Shown here: positions 1 through 9,072 of the stretch, one piece after another | Layout of the letters: every line of letters starts with the position of its first letter | Position numbering within the stretch: the stretch's first letter is position 1 | Assembly: GCA_963716175.1 (NCBI GenBank) | Contig: OY970296.1 | Location: forward strand, 3,040,001-3,104,000 | Length of the DNA: 64,000 nt | Source: an uncultured Armatimonadetes bacterium | GTDB lineage: Bacteria > Armatimonadota > Hebobacteria > Hebobacterales > Hebobacteraceae | Direction: 5' to 3' | Notes under the pieces: model-generated | Seen by the model: the letters and a program-made list of their open reading frames with translations, nothing else | Told to the model about the DNA's origin: nothing | The model's database searches: none | Position numbers and translations under genes: made by a program

Positions 1-1022
1 AGGTAATCGAAATCGGCGCCGGCGTGTTCCTCTATCTGCTGGTGAATCCCGAACGCGGCCTCCGCAAGGCCCAGCCTGCCGAGCGCGCAAGGCCCGGGAA
101 CGTCCTCCTGCCCCCCCGGGTATCCCCATAGCTTGCGCGGGCGCTGCGCTATGACGGGTTCCACAGCCAACCACACCTGCTGATTCACGCTCGCCGCATA
201 CTCTCCACCGTAGTCCCTCAGGGCTCTGAGGCTATGGCCCAACTCGTACAGCGCTCCGTATTGGCGCTCGGCCTTGTCCAGCTTCTCCAGGTCGTCCGGG
301 CCGATGCCCAGGCTCTCCCGGTAGTCCTCCAGCAGCTCCCTGGCGGCAGCGCTGTTCATGTGGTTGTCGTACTCAGTGGTGTACTGCTCAGCCTTGCTCC
401 GCACTTGGTACCAGTTAAGGTCTGGCTGCTGTGCGATCAGGTGAAGCTTGTCCACCTCGTCCTTGGTGATAGCGCAGTCGGAGGCGTGGTTCATGAGTTC
501 ACCTGCCTGCCAGAGCATCATCGCCCAGAGGGGCGGCCGACGCACCTCGGTCGCCTCCTGAGTTCCTCCCATCACCTGACACTGCTGGCTATCATCGAAC
601 CATTGCGTGAGATCGGCCAGCAAGAGACGACCATGGAGCCTGGTGGTGTGGAATCTGATCAAGAGGTCGGGCTCCCCGCTCTCGCTTGCCCAGCACCGCT
701 CCACGTAGAATGGCTCGGGGGTCACCGGTATCTTCAGGAGGGCCCTTTTCGCCTGCTGCGGATCCAGAGGGCGACAGCGCCCGGCCTGGGGGGGGTCGTA
801 CATGGCCGGCACATAGCCTCCTTGATCCATCGCCTGCATGAAAGGATCGAGCTGCTCATGGCGGATCAGCAACTGCAGGTCATCCGAGAGCGTCATCCCC
901 CATGGTTGCCAGGAGTCAAGCGCTACGTCTCCGACGTACAGCACGTCCACCTTCGCGCGCCTGAGCACGTCAACTAGGCCACGCGCCATCGCGCACTTCA
1001 CCTGCCTCATGTCCGCTGGCAT
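1..1022 (-). CDS. Hypothetical protein (3' end runs off window); N-terminus resembles a degenerate nucleotidyltransferase-family domain
   Basis: Manual translation from ATG 1022: MPADMRQVKCAMARGLVDVLRRAKVDVLYVGDVALDSWQPWGMTLSDDLQLLIRHEQLDPFMQAMDQGGY..., open to position 1; GAGG upstream; the listed 234..977 + ORF is its antisense shadow. Confidence 0.7.
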   Translation of the reverse strand, partial: MPADMRQVKCAMARGLVDVLRRAKVDVLYVGDVALDSWQPWGMTLSDDLQLLIRHEQLDPFMQAMDQGGYVPAMYDPPQAGRCRPLDPQQAKRALLKIPVTPEPFYVERCWASESGEPDLLIRFHTTRLHGRLLLADLTQWFDDSQQCQVMGGTQEATEVRRPPLWAMMLWQAGELMNHASDCAITKDEVDKLHLIAQQPDLNWYQVRSKAEQYTTEYDNHMNSAAARELLEDYRESLGIGPDDLEKLDKAERQYGALYELGHSLRALRDYGGEYAASVNQQVWLAVEPVIAQRPRKLWGYPGGQEDVPGPCALGRLGLAEAAFGIHQQIEEHAGADFDY

Positions 1023-1592
1023 CTGCGCCTCTTTCGCCTCCGAATTGCATTATGGGTGCACACCCGAGGCGGTGGGTCGGAAACGGGAGCATCGAGGAGG
1101 TCCCATGGCACCAGTGACGGCAGCACGGGATGAGACCTGACCGGACTTGCATCCGCGCCCTCGGGGCGAGCCGTCGGGGGAACACCATCCAGCGAGGAAG
1201 CCGCGCGCGAATCCGGTCCCCGCAGGCCCGCTCGCCTCGGCACGAGCTGAAGACGCATCACGCCCCCCCGCGAGGTGCTCACGAGAGCGATCGGAATGCG
1301 TCAGCGGGATTGGGTTGCACCTCGGCCCGGTAAGTCTACACGGCTTGCCATCCCCAAGTCAAGTGCAAGTCGGCACGGCAGTTGTGTCGCTGGGCAGCAT
1401 GATTCGCCATGGCGAGCATGTCCCACCATGCCGCCTCCGTACACTTGCCCATGCTGGTCAGCAGGTCGCTGAACTGCCTCCCGCCAGGCTGCCCCAGTTC
1501 GCTGTTAGCGAGCGCCTCGCCCCTCGCAGGTCGGCCCAAGCCCCCCGCCCGTCACGGCACCGGAAACGGCGCGGAAATCCCACTGCGCCCTC

Positions 1593-1620
1593 TTGACATG
1601 CCGGCTACCTGTGGTATCAT
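1593..1620 (+). promoter_or_regulatory. Sigma70-type promoter for PadR gene
   Basis: TTGACA (1593-1598), 16 nt, TGgTATCAT extended -10. Confidence 0.6.
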
Positions 1621-1659
1621 GTGATACGAGACGATATATTACGCGTCGTTATAGAGCGG

Positions 1660-2352
1660 ATGCGACAGGAACATCCAACAACTCTCGAGTACGCTATCCT
1701 GGGCCTGATCGGGATCTCCCCGGCGACCGGCTACGACATCCATAAGGTCTTCGCCACGACGCCTCTGGCGCACTTCAGCTCCAGTCCCGGGGCGATCTAC
1801 CCCGCACTGCGCCGCCTCGGCCAGCGCGGCTTGCTGGCAGCTCAGTTGGACAGGACGATAGAGGCGCGGCCCCGCCGCGTGTACGCTCTCACCAAGGCCG
1901 GCAGGGAGCATCTCGTCTCCTGGCTTCGGCAGGCTGTCACCCGGGAGGAGCTGATCCGCGGTGCTGGGGCTCCCATCCTTCGTTTCGCTCTGGCCGAGGG
2001 ACGGGTCGCCAAACGGGAGGTCCTCGCATACCTCGGCAGCTATCGGCGCGCGCTTGAGTCCTACCTCGAAGAGCTCCACGAGTACAGTCGGAGAATGCAC
2101 GCCGATGCAGGGCTTCACCCGCGCCTCGCCCTCGAACACGGGATGCGTGGCTACCAGGGCGAGCTAGACTGGGTCGAGTCGGCCATCTTACAGATCAAAC
2201 GCGCACGCCGCAGCTCCTCGCAGCGGCGGGAGTCGCGCCCAAGACCGGAACGCACAGGAGGCGATGATGCTGCAGGGACTGTCGCGAAGCATGCTGAGCA
2301 TTTGTCTCGTGTTGGTGCTGTTCTCCGGCATCGCCGTCGCGGCCGGGGGTGA
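1660..2352 (+). CDS. PadR-family transcriptional regulator
   Basis: LEYAILGLI...TGYDIHK...SSPGAIYPALRRL...RRVYALTKAGREHL wHTH signature plus helical C-terminal domain; tail overlaps next gene. Confidence 0.9.
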   Translation: MRQEHPTTLEYAILGLIGISPATGYDIHKVFATTPLAHFSSSPGAIYPALRRLGQRGLLAAQLDRTIEARPRRVYALTKAGREHLVSWLRQAVTREELIRGAGAPILRFALAEGRVAKREVLAYLGSYRRALESYLEELHEYSRRMHADAGLHPRLALEHGMRGYQGELDWVESAILQIKRARRSSSQRRESRPRPERTGGDDAAGTVAKHAEHLSRVGAVLRHRRRGRG

Positions 2353-3326
2353 AGGCCAAGTGGCTGCGCCGCAGCCATCCCCGGGCGAGTCGAAGATCTG
2401 GGGCTGGTGGACCCTGGTGCCCTGGGACGGCCGCCCAGTCGGAGCGTCGGCCTGGGCTGATGTCCTCAACCAGGCCTTCGACCTCACGCGCAAAGGGAAG
2501 GCTGGCGAGCAGCACCGTTATCAGATCAAGCGCACCAACCTCACGGTGGACCGCCAAGGGAAGGTCGTCGGCCGCATGACCGCCGAGGCCCAGCTTGCCC
2601 GCACGCTTCTCCGCGAAGCCGAGCCCGGCGTCTGGCTGGAGCGCTGTGAGTGGGAGCGTTTCGCCGTAGCCCAGGGCATGGGCCCGGACGACTACCCGAA
2701 GCCTCAGGAGCTGCCAGGCGGCCGGGGCATCTCCTACGAGTTCTCACCTCGCACCTTCGACTACGTCAACCCGCCCGCCGACTTCGCGCGCGTCGGCGAC
2801 GAGGTCGGCGGCTACCTGCTCAAGGTTCTCACTATGGACGCCATGGGCTGGGACGCGATCCTCCGCGCGCTTGGCGATGAGTTCAGGGGCGGAGTCCGCA
2901 TCGGCGACACCTGGCGCCACACCGAGTTCGAGCCCTGGGATATCACGCGGGTCGGCAGTGAGGGCCTCGATAGGCCGGTACCACGCGGGTGAGATGCAAG
3001 TTGGCGTCGTCGGCCTGACCCGTTTCGGCGGCGAGCCCTGCGTGCTCATCTGGCTCTCGATGGAGGGCAACAAGGTGAGCCAGAATATCGCCACTCCGCA
3101 GTTCTCCATGAACATGCAGAGTACCGAGTACTTCCGCGGCGAGCTTGCCGCCTCTCTTCTCGACGGCCGCCTCGTCTCCATGGAGCTGTGGGGCTCCTTG
3201 CCCTGCGTCATGGAGATGGGCTTCGGGGGCCAGCCTCCCACCGAGCAGCCCATCGGCGCCATCGTCCAGCAGGTTAGCATGTGGGAGATCGCGGCTACTC
3301 CACAGACCAAGACATCCGGGCAGTAG
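2264..3326 (+). CDS. Secreted hypothetical protein (split by one-base frameshift near 2966)
   Basis: AGGAGG RBS and signal peptide in ORF 2264..2992; coding continues in the 2871..3326 frame (SIGRYHAGEMQVG...). Confidence 0.7.
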
Positions 3327-3514
3327 GATCATAGCGTCACCATCAGTCCGCCGCGCAGTGTCGCGACGGCCCATCTCTCCAGGGCGCAGTTGCCTGCAGC
3401 CTCGAGCAGCCTGGAGCTGATTCGGCCCGGGGCCAGCGCCGCGAGAACGCCTCAAGCAGGACTGCTCCGAGCCGCGCCGAACCTCGCGCCCGATCGCGGC
3501 CCCGGAGGAAACAC

Positions 3515-4273
3515 ATGAAAGGCGTTGTGCTCGCGGGTGGACTGGGCACCCGGCTCTACCCGCTGACCAAGGCAACCAACAAGCACCTGCTCCCGGTCTA
3601 CGACCGGTGCATGGTGCACTATGCCATTGGCAATCTTGTTCGGGCCGGGATTACCCACGTCATTGTGGTAACTGGTGGCCCCCATGCCGGCGATTTCGTC
3701 CGTGTCCTGGGGAATGGCAAGGGTCTCGGTGTCGAGCACCTGGAATACGGCTATCAGGAGGGGGAGGGCGGGATCGCCGAGGCCCTGGGCGTGACCGAGG
3801 ATTTCGCCGAAGGCGGCCCAGTGATGGTGGTGTTGGGCGACAACTTCACCGACGCCGACCTCGGCCCCGCCGTGCGCGGGTTCAAGTCCGGCGCGCACCT
3901 CTTCTTGAAGCAGGTCCCTGACCCCAGGGACTACGGAGTGGCGGTGTTCGACGAGAACGACCCCTCGCGCATCGTCCGCATCGAGGAAAAGCCGAAGCAG
4001 CCCAAGAGCAACTACGCCGTGACCGGCTTCTACATCTACGACCGCCGCGCCTTCGACTACATCCGCCAGTCCGAGCCCTCCGCCCGCGGCGAGCTTGAGA
4101 TCACCACCGTCAATAACTTCTACATTCGGGATGGCCTTATGACCTGGAGCGAGCTGGATGGCCTCTGGCTCGACTGCGGGTCCTTCGAGGGCCTGTTCGA
4201 GGCCAATCGCGTGGTGGCCGACGCCCGCCGCAAGGGCGAAAAGCGCTTCCTCCCGCAGGTGGAACCAGGGTAG
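3515..4273 (+). CDS. rfbA: Glucose-1-phosphate thymidylyltransferase-like sugar nucleotidyltransferase
   Basis: GVVLAGGLGTRLYPLT-NKHLLPVYD, LGDN, EEKP, SARGELEIT motifs; GGAGG RBS. Confidence 0.85.
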   Translation: MKGVVLAGGLGTRLYPLTKATNKHLLPVYDRCMVHYAIGNLVRAGITHVIVVTGGPHAGDFVRVLGNGKGLGVEHLEYGYQEGEGGIAEALGVTEDFAEGGPVMVVLGDNFTDADLGPAVRGFKSGAHLFLKQVPDPRDYGVAVFDENDPSRIVRIEEKPKQPKSNYAVTGFYIYDRRAFDYIRQSEPSARGELEITTVNNFYIRDGLMTWSELDGLWLDCGSFEGLFEANRVVADARRKGEKRFLPQVEPG

Positions 4274-4278
4274 GCCAG

Positions 4279-5598
4279 CTAGTGCTGCTTGATCAGGCCC
4301 CGATAGGCCAGGTGCATCATATACTGATCCAGCAGCACCAGCGCCACGAACGCCTCTGCCACCGGCCACACCCGGGGCACGATCGTCGGGTCGCGGCGGG
4401 TGACCGCGGCCAGCACGCGGTTCTCCAGTGATACCTTGTCTATGGTGTGTTGTTCCTTGGCGATGGTGGGCGTCGGCTTCACCGTGATCCGCGCCACGAT
4501 GGGCTGCCCGGTGGTCAGTCCCCCGGTGATCCCTCCCGCGTGGTTCGATCGAAACTTGACCTGTCCCCCCTCGACATACATCTCATCATTGAACTGCGAC
4601 CCGCGGCTGTCTTTCGCCGCCACGCCATCACCGATCTCCACTGCCTTCACCGTGCCGATGCTCAGCATCCGCCCTAGCTCCCCATCCAGCTTGCGAAAGA
4701 CGGGCTCGCCCACCCCGGGCGGAACTCCGGTGGCGATCACCTCCACCACACCGCCGCTGGAATCCCCCGCCTCCGCTATCTCCATGATCCTCCGGTACAT
4801 CTCATCCGCCGCCGCTAGGTCGGGGCAGTTCAGCTTCGGGTGGATGCCGTGCTCGGCGCGGATGCCCTCCTCGGCCATTTCTCGCCACTTCAGCCCGGGG
4901 ATCTCCCGCTCGAACTCCGCCAGCACCGCCATCTTCTCCAGAAATCGCATCCCCGGCTTCAGCCGGCCGGAGACGAACATCGCCTCATAGACCGGATCGT
5001 GCTGCCGCCGCACTTCCTTGTACGCCGCGACCTTCTGCTTGATACTCTCCACCGGCAGCTCTGGCGCCCGCACCCCGGCCGCCTCCTTCACATAGCCGAC
5101 CACTTCGATGCCGTGGTCGCGCAGCACGCGCTTCGCCACTGCCCCTGCCGCCACGATAGTCGCGGTGTACCGCCCGCTGAAGAACCCGGCCCCGATCGCG
5201 TCATCCCACATCCCGTACTTCTGATAGGAGGCATACGAGGCGTGCCCCGGCCTCGGCGTGCGGTTGGTCACCTGGTACTGCTCGATATGCTCGAAATGCC
5301 GGTCCAGGTTCGGGATCAGGATCACCAGAGGAGTGCCGTTGGTGCACCCTGCGTTCTCGAACCCTGGCATGGTGTCCGCCGCGTTCACCCCGCTGTAGAT
5401 GATCGGGATGTCCGGCTCTCGGCGGGGCGAGGTCAGCTCTCCCTGCCCTGGCTTCCGCACCAGCAGCTCGCGGTAGATCTCCTCCTCTGTGATCAGCAGC
5501 CCAGGAGGCACCCCTTGCAGGTGGACCGTGAGGCCCTCTTGATAGGAGCCCCCCGCCACCGCCACCTTGAACAGCGTCCCCATATCGCAGCCCAGCAT
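4279..5598 (-). CDS. aroC: Chorismate synthase (divergent, with internal insertion)
   Basis: RPGHAS, FSGRYTA, GDSSGGVVE, SNHAGGITGGLTTGQPI, KPTPTI, RRDP motifs; adjacent to aroA. Confidence 0.9.
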   Translation of the reverse strand: MLGCDMGTLFKVAVAGGSYQEGLTVHLQGVPPGLLITEEEIYRELLVRKPGQGELTSPRREPDIPIIYSGVNAADTMPGFENAGCTNGTPLVILIPNLDRHFEHIEQYQVTNRTPRPGHASYASYQKYGMWDDAIGAGFFSGRYTATIVAAGAVAKRVLRDHGIEVVGYVKEAAGVRAPELPVESIKQKVAAYKEVRRQHDPVYEAMFVSGRLKPGMRFLEKMAVLAEFEREIPGLKWREMAEEGIRAEHGIHPKLNCPDLAAADEMYRRIMEIAEAGDSSGGVVEVIATGVPPGVGEPVFRKLDGELGRMLSIGTVKAVEIGDGVAAKDSRGSQFNDEMYVEGGQVKFRSNHAGGITGGLTTGQPIVARITVKPTPTIAKEQHTIDKVSLENRVLAAVTRRDPTIVPRVWPVAEAFVALVLLDQYMMHLAYRGLIKQH

Positions 5599-5618
5599 TG
5601 CCGCCGCCTCTCGCCCGC

Positions 5619-6959
5619 CTATTCCTCGATGCTGATGTCGGCTCCCAGTGCCTTCATGCAGTCCGCGAACTCCGGGAAGGTCACCGCTGCCGCCTCCGCA
5701 CCGTGCACGACAGTGGTTCCAGAGATGGCGCATCCCGCCACCGCCAGCGCCATTACTATCCGGTGGTCCCCGTGTCCCTCCACTTCCGCGCCGCCCAGCT
5801 CGCTCTCGTGTACGACCAGCCCATCTTCGAGTTCCTCTACCTCCGCCCCCAACTTCCTCAGCTCACATGCCATCACCGCGATCCGGTCAGACTCCTTGAT
5901 CCTTGCCTGCGGCACATTCACCAGCCGCGTCGCGCCCCTGGCGAAACACCCCAGCACGGCCAGGGTGGGCAGCGCGTCCGGTGTCGCGTTCAGGTCCAGT
6001 TCGCACCCCGCCAACTGGTGCGCCTCCACCCCGATCCAGTCGCCCCGCGCGCGCACGTGGGCCCCCATCTGGCTGATGTAATCGGCCACCGCCTTATCGC
6101 CCTGCGTATCCGTCAGATCCAGCCCCCGCAGCACGATCTCATTGTCATTCAGCGCGCCTGCCCCCAGGAAAAACGTCGCCGACGACCAGTCCGCCGGGAT
6201 CGCCCGGTCCACCGGCCGGTACTGCTGCCCCCCGGGCACGCGGAACTCCCGCAGCCCGTCTTGCTGGAACACGATCCCCTGGCGCCGCAGCCAGTCCAAA
6301 GTCATCTCCACATAGGGCGCTTCGTTCAGCTTAGTGACGTGGATCGCGCAGTCTCCATCCGCCAGCGGCGCGTTGATCAGTAGCCCGGTCACGTACTGGC
6401 TGGTGCTGCCCTCGATGGAGGTCTCCCCGCCCCGCAGCCGCCCCTCCACCACAAAGGGCGCGCTGCCTGTGCCCCGCGTGGACCGCACTTTCGCCCCCAG
6501 GTCGTTGAGAGATTCCGCCAGCGGCCCCGCCGGCCGCCGCCGGATCTGCTCGTCCCCGGTCAGCACCGCTATCCCTTCTCGCAGCAGCGCGCAGGTGCCC
6601 AGCGCCGTCCGCAGCGTCACCCCGGAATTGCGCACATCAATCACGTTCTCCGGGACGCGGATCTCGCCCCGCGTCCCGCGCACGCTCCACACCTGTGGGG
6701 CGGGCATGTCGGAGTTTACCCTGAGCGAAGCCGAAGGGCATGCCCGCTGGCCGTTCCCCGCCGCTCCCGTCTCTATCTCCGCGCCCAGCGCCTGATAGGC
6801 CTCCACCGCCGCCAGGGTGTCATTGGAAACCAGTGGCTCCCGGATCGCGCTCTCGCCTTGCGCCAGGCTGGCGATCGCCACCGCCCGGATGGTGTGCGAT
6901 TTCGACCCGGGAATACGCACCTCGCCCCGCAGCCGCGACTGGCGGCACACCAGCTTCAT
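5619..6959 (-). CDS. aroA: 3-phosphoshikimate 1-carboxyvinyltransferase (EPSP synthase)
   Basis: PGSKSHTIRA, NSGVTLR, TSQY, ARIKESDR, DHRIVMA motifs. Confidence 0.95.
   Translation of the reverse strand: MKLVCRQSRLRGEVRIPGSKSHTIRAVAIASLAQGESAIREPLVSNDTLAAVEAYQALGAEIETGAAGNGQRACPSASLRVNSDMPAPQVWSVRGTRGEIRVPENVIDVRNSGVTLRTALGTCALLREGIAVLTGDEQIRRRPAGPLAESLNDLGAKVRSTRGTGSAPFVVEGRLRGGETSIEGSTSQYVTGLLINAPLADGDCAIHVTKLNEAPYVEMTLDWLRRQGIVFQQDGLREFRVPGGQQYRPVDRAIPADWSSATFFLGAGALNDNEIVLRGLDLTDTQGDKAVADYISQMGAHVRARGDWIGVEAHQLAGCELDLNATPDALPTLAVLGCFARGATRLVNVPQARIKESDRIAVMACELRKLGAEVEELEDGLVVHESELGGAEVEGHGDHRIVMALAVAGCAISGTTVVHGAEAAAVTFPEFADCMKALGADISIEE
6694..6747 (+). repeat. Nested REP-like palindrome inside aroA CDS
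   Basis: TGTGGGGCGGGCATG...CATGCCCGC enclosing CCCTGAGCGAAGCCGAAGGG. Confidence 0.8.
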
Positions 6960-7042
6960 GCTCGCACCCCGACTCTCATCCGCGTTTCCCCCGCTGCCTC
7001 CTGCTCGGCGCCAGCGAGTAGGGGAGGAGGCACAGCGGAGAG

Positions 7043-7115
7043 TAGGCCGTCTGGGATTCGAACCCAGGACACCCGGATTAAAAGTCCGGTGCTCTACCGA
7101 CTGAGCTAACGGCCC
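7043..7115 (-). tRNA. tRNA-Lys (anticodon UUU), CCA not encoded
   Basis: GGGCCGTTAGCTCAGTCGGTAGAGCACCGGACTTTTAATCCGGGTGTCCTGGGTTCGAATCCCAGACGGCCTA cloverleaf. Confidence 0.97.
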
Positions 7116-7123
7116 ACACCCAG

Positions 7124-7152
7124 AATCTACCAACAACCTCCCGCGGTGTCAA
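7124..7152 (-). promoter_or_regulatory. Sigma70-type promoter for tRNA-Lys/aroA/aroC
   Basis: Minus strand TTGACA-17 nt-TAGATT just upstream of the tRNA. Confidence 0.6.
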
Positions 7153-7167
7153 TCAGAGGCCTCGTCT

Positions 7168-7194
7168 TGTAGGGCGGGCATTCCCATGCCCGCC
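7168..7194 (+). repeat. Intergenic GTAG-type REP-like palindrome
   Basis: TGTAGGGCGGGCATTCCCATGCCCGCC. Confidence 0.8.
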
Positions 7195-7213
7195 GCCTGT
7201 TCTGCAATCCGGT

Positions 7214-7243
7214 TTGACCTCCGCCGCTCGGGCATGCTAGAAT
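7214..7243 (+). promoter_or_regulatory. Sigma70-type promoter for rhomboid gene
   Basis: TTGACC-18 nt-TAGAAT with TG extension. Confidence 0.45.
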
Positions 7244-7272
7244 CCCGTGAAAGCCGTCTGGCCGAGGCCTGC

Positions 7273-8026
7273 GTGATCCCTTTCCGCGACGACAACCCGA
7301 CCCGCTCTGTCCCCATCGTCACCATCGGCCTCATCGCCGTCAATGTCGCGGTCTACCTCTACCAGGTGGTCCTACCCGGCCTGAGGCAGGAGCTTTTCAT
7401 CTACACGCACGCCGCCATACCGGCGGTGTTGCTGGGCCAGGTGGGGCTGGAGCAAGTCCTGCCTCACCAGCTTCTGGCCGCCGCCCATCACTACCACATA
7501 CCCATCCTCCCGGTTCAGCCCGCCTGGCTCACCATCTTCACCGCCATGTTCATCCACGGCGGGTTCATGCACATCGCCGGCAATATGCTCTATCTCTGGA
7601 TCTTCGGCAACAACGTCGAGGACCTGCTGGGATCCGTGCGCTTCGTCGTCTTCTACTTCATCTGCGGCACGGTGGCGGCTGCACTTCAGATCGCGTTCAG
7701 CCTGCACTCTCCGGTTCCCATGATCGGCGCCAGCGGCGCCATCGCGGGCGTGCTCGGCGCCTATTACATCAAGTTCCCCCAGGCGCGCGTCCAGTGCCTG
7801 GTGTTCCTTTTCCTCTTCATCACTGTCATCTCGGCTCCCGGCCGGCCTGGTGCTATTGCTCTGGTTCTTGCTGCAGGTCCTCGACAGCCTCGGGACCTTG
7901 GGGCGAAGTGGTGCGCCCGGCGGGGTGGCCGTCTTCGCTCACATCGGTGGCTTTGTTGCCGGCTGGCTTCTCATCCGCCGCTTCGAGCCTCGTCGCCGCC
8001 GTTTCGTCAGGTCCAGCTACTGGTGA
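7273..8026 (+). CDS. Rhomboid intramembrane serine protease (one-base frameshift near 7833)
   Basis: MIPFRDDNP start, HIAGNMLYLWIFGNNVED, GASGA; shifted frame gives LWFLLQ...GVAVFAHIGGF to TGA 8026. Confidence 0.9.
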
Positions 8027-8030
8027 CGTG

Positions 8031-8894
8031 CTATTCCTCGGGCGGCGGGCTGGGCGGCACCCCCAGCCGCCTCAACCCATCTTGGGCGTAGACGTTCACC
8101 GGATCGAGCAGGAGCGCAGTCTGATACTCCCGGGTGGCCGCGGCTCGCTCCTGCTTGCGTTCCAGCGCCAGGCCCAGCCAGATGTGGAGCTCCACGCTCT
8201 TGGCATCCAGCGCCACCCCGGACCTCAGCTCCCGCACCGCCTCGGTGAAGTGCCCGCCATCGCGGTAACCCGCCTTGACGAACGCGTCCCCGATATTCAC
8301 GTGGGCCGCGCCAAGTTGGAGGTGAGCATAGGCACGCAGGGCAAGCGGGATCGCGGGCCCGACCTCAGGGGCCGGCGGGGTGGCCGGTTCTACCGGCAGC
8401 GTTCCTGCCACCGCCGCCGCGACGGTCTCGCGAATCGTCGTTGGCACTGTCGGCCCGTAGCCGATGAAGCGAGCCCGGGCGACGCCCTTCCGATCAATCA
8501 CCCACAGGTCGGGCACTCCATTCACGCCGAAGGCGCGCGCGACGCCCCCTTCATCCAGCAGCATACGGTAGGTCAGCTCGTTCTGCTTGGCGAACTCCGC
8601 CACCGTGTCCTGGTCCTCGCGCTCGTTGATCCCCAGTGCCACCAGGCCCCTCTCGCCGAATTCCCGCGATAGCTCTTGGAGCTGCTTCAGCTCCTCCGGG
8701 CAGTGCTTTCCCCAGGTCGCCCAGAAAGAGATCACCACCACGCTACCCGACAGACCCGACAGCGAGATCACCTCTCCTTCGGTAGAGGTCAACGAGAAGC
8801 CGGGCGCCGGCTCCCCTTTCTGCAGAGCCCAGACCGGCCCCGTCGCGAGCGCCACCAGTGTGGCCCAGAGGGCGATCCATCGGCGGATCATCAT
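8031..8894 (-). CDS. TlpA/redoxin-fold protein with signal peptide and C-terminal TPR-like region (GxxC instead of CxxC)
   Basis: APGFSL...FWATWGKHCPEEL...FGVNGVP..IDRKG; TPR-like helices at C-terminus. Confidence 0.85.
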   Translation of the reverse strand: MMIRRWIALWATLVALATGPVWALQKGEPAPGFSLTSTEGEVISLSGLSGSVVVISFWATWGKHCPEELKQLQELSREFGERGLVALGINEREDQDTVAEFAKQNELTYRMLLDEGGVARAFGVNGVPDLWVIDRKGVARARFIGYGPTVPTTIRETVAAAVAGTLPVEPATPPAPEVGPAIPLALRAYAHLQLGAAHVNIGDAFVKAGYRDGGHFTEAVRELRSGVALDAKSVELHIWLGLALERKQERAAATREYQTALLLDPVNVYAQDGLRRLGVPPSPPPEE

Positions 8895-9072
8895 TGCTCT
8901 CCCTTCACTCCGGGTAATGCGGACCCGGATGCTCACCACTACCATGGGTGCCCGGTCTGTCAGTCATATTAACACACGTCGCGTCTGCCTTGCAGGCAGC
9001 AGACGCGACGCAGTTGCCAGTCAGTCACGACACCTACATTTCGCGGACCATGCCGGCCGCGACCACTACGAG

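Noticed and set aside
234-977. Listed + ORF and other long antisense ORFs (e.g. 49748..52594, 43182..44855, 63317..63970)
   Set aside because: Shadow frames of real genes on the opposite strand in high-GC DNA
1095-1540. Small ORFs between the first gene and PadR (e.g. MAPVTAARDET after GAGGAGG; 1336..1539 minus)
   Set aside because: No recognisable homology or consistent frame; cannot be supported
7043-7115. tRNA-Lys as an integration site
   Set aside because: No integrase or duplicated 3' end seen in the window
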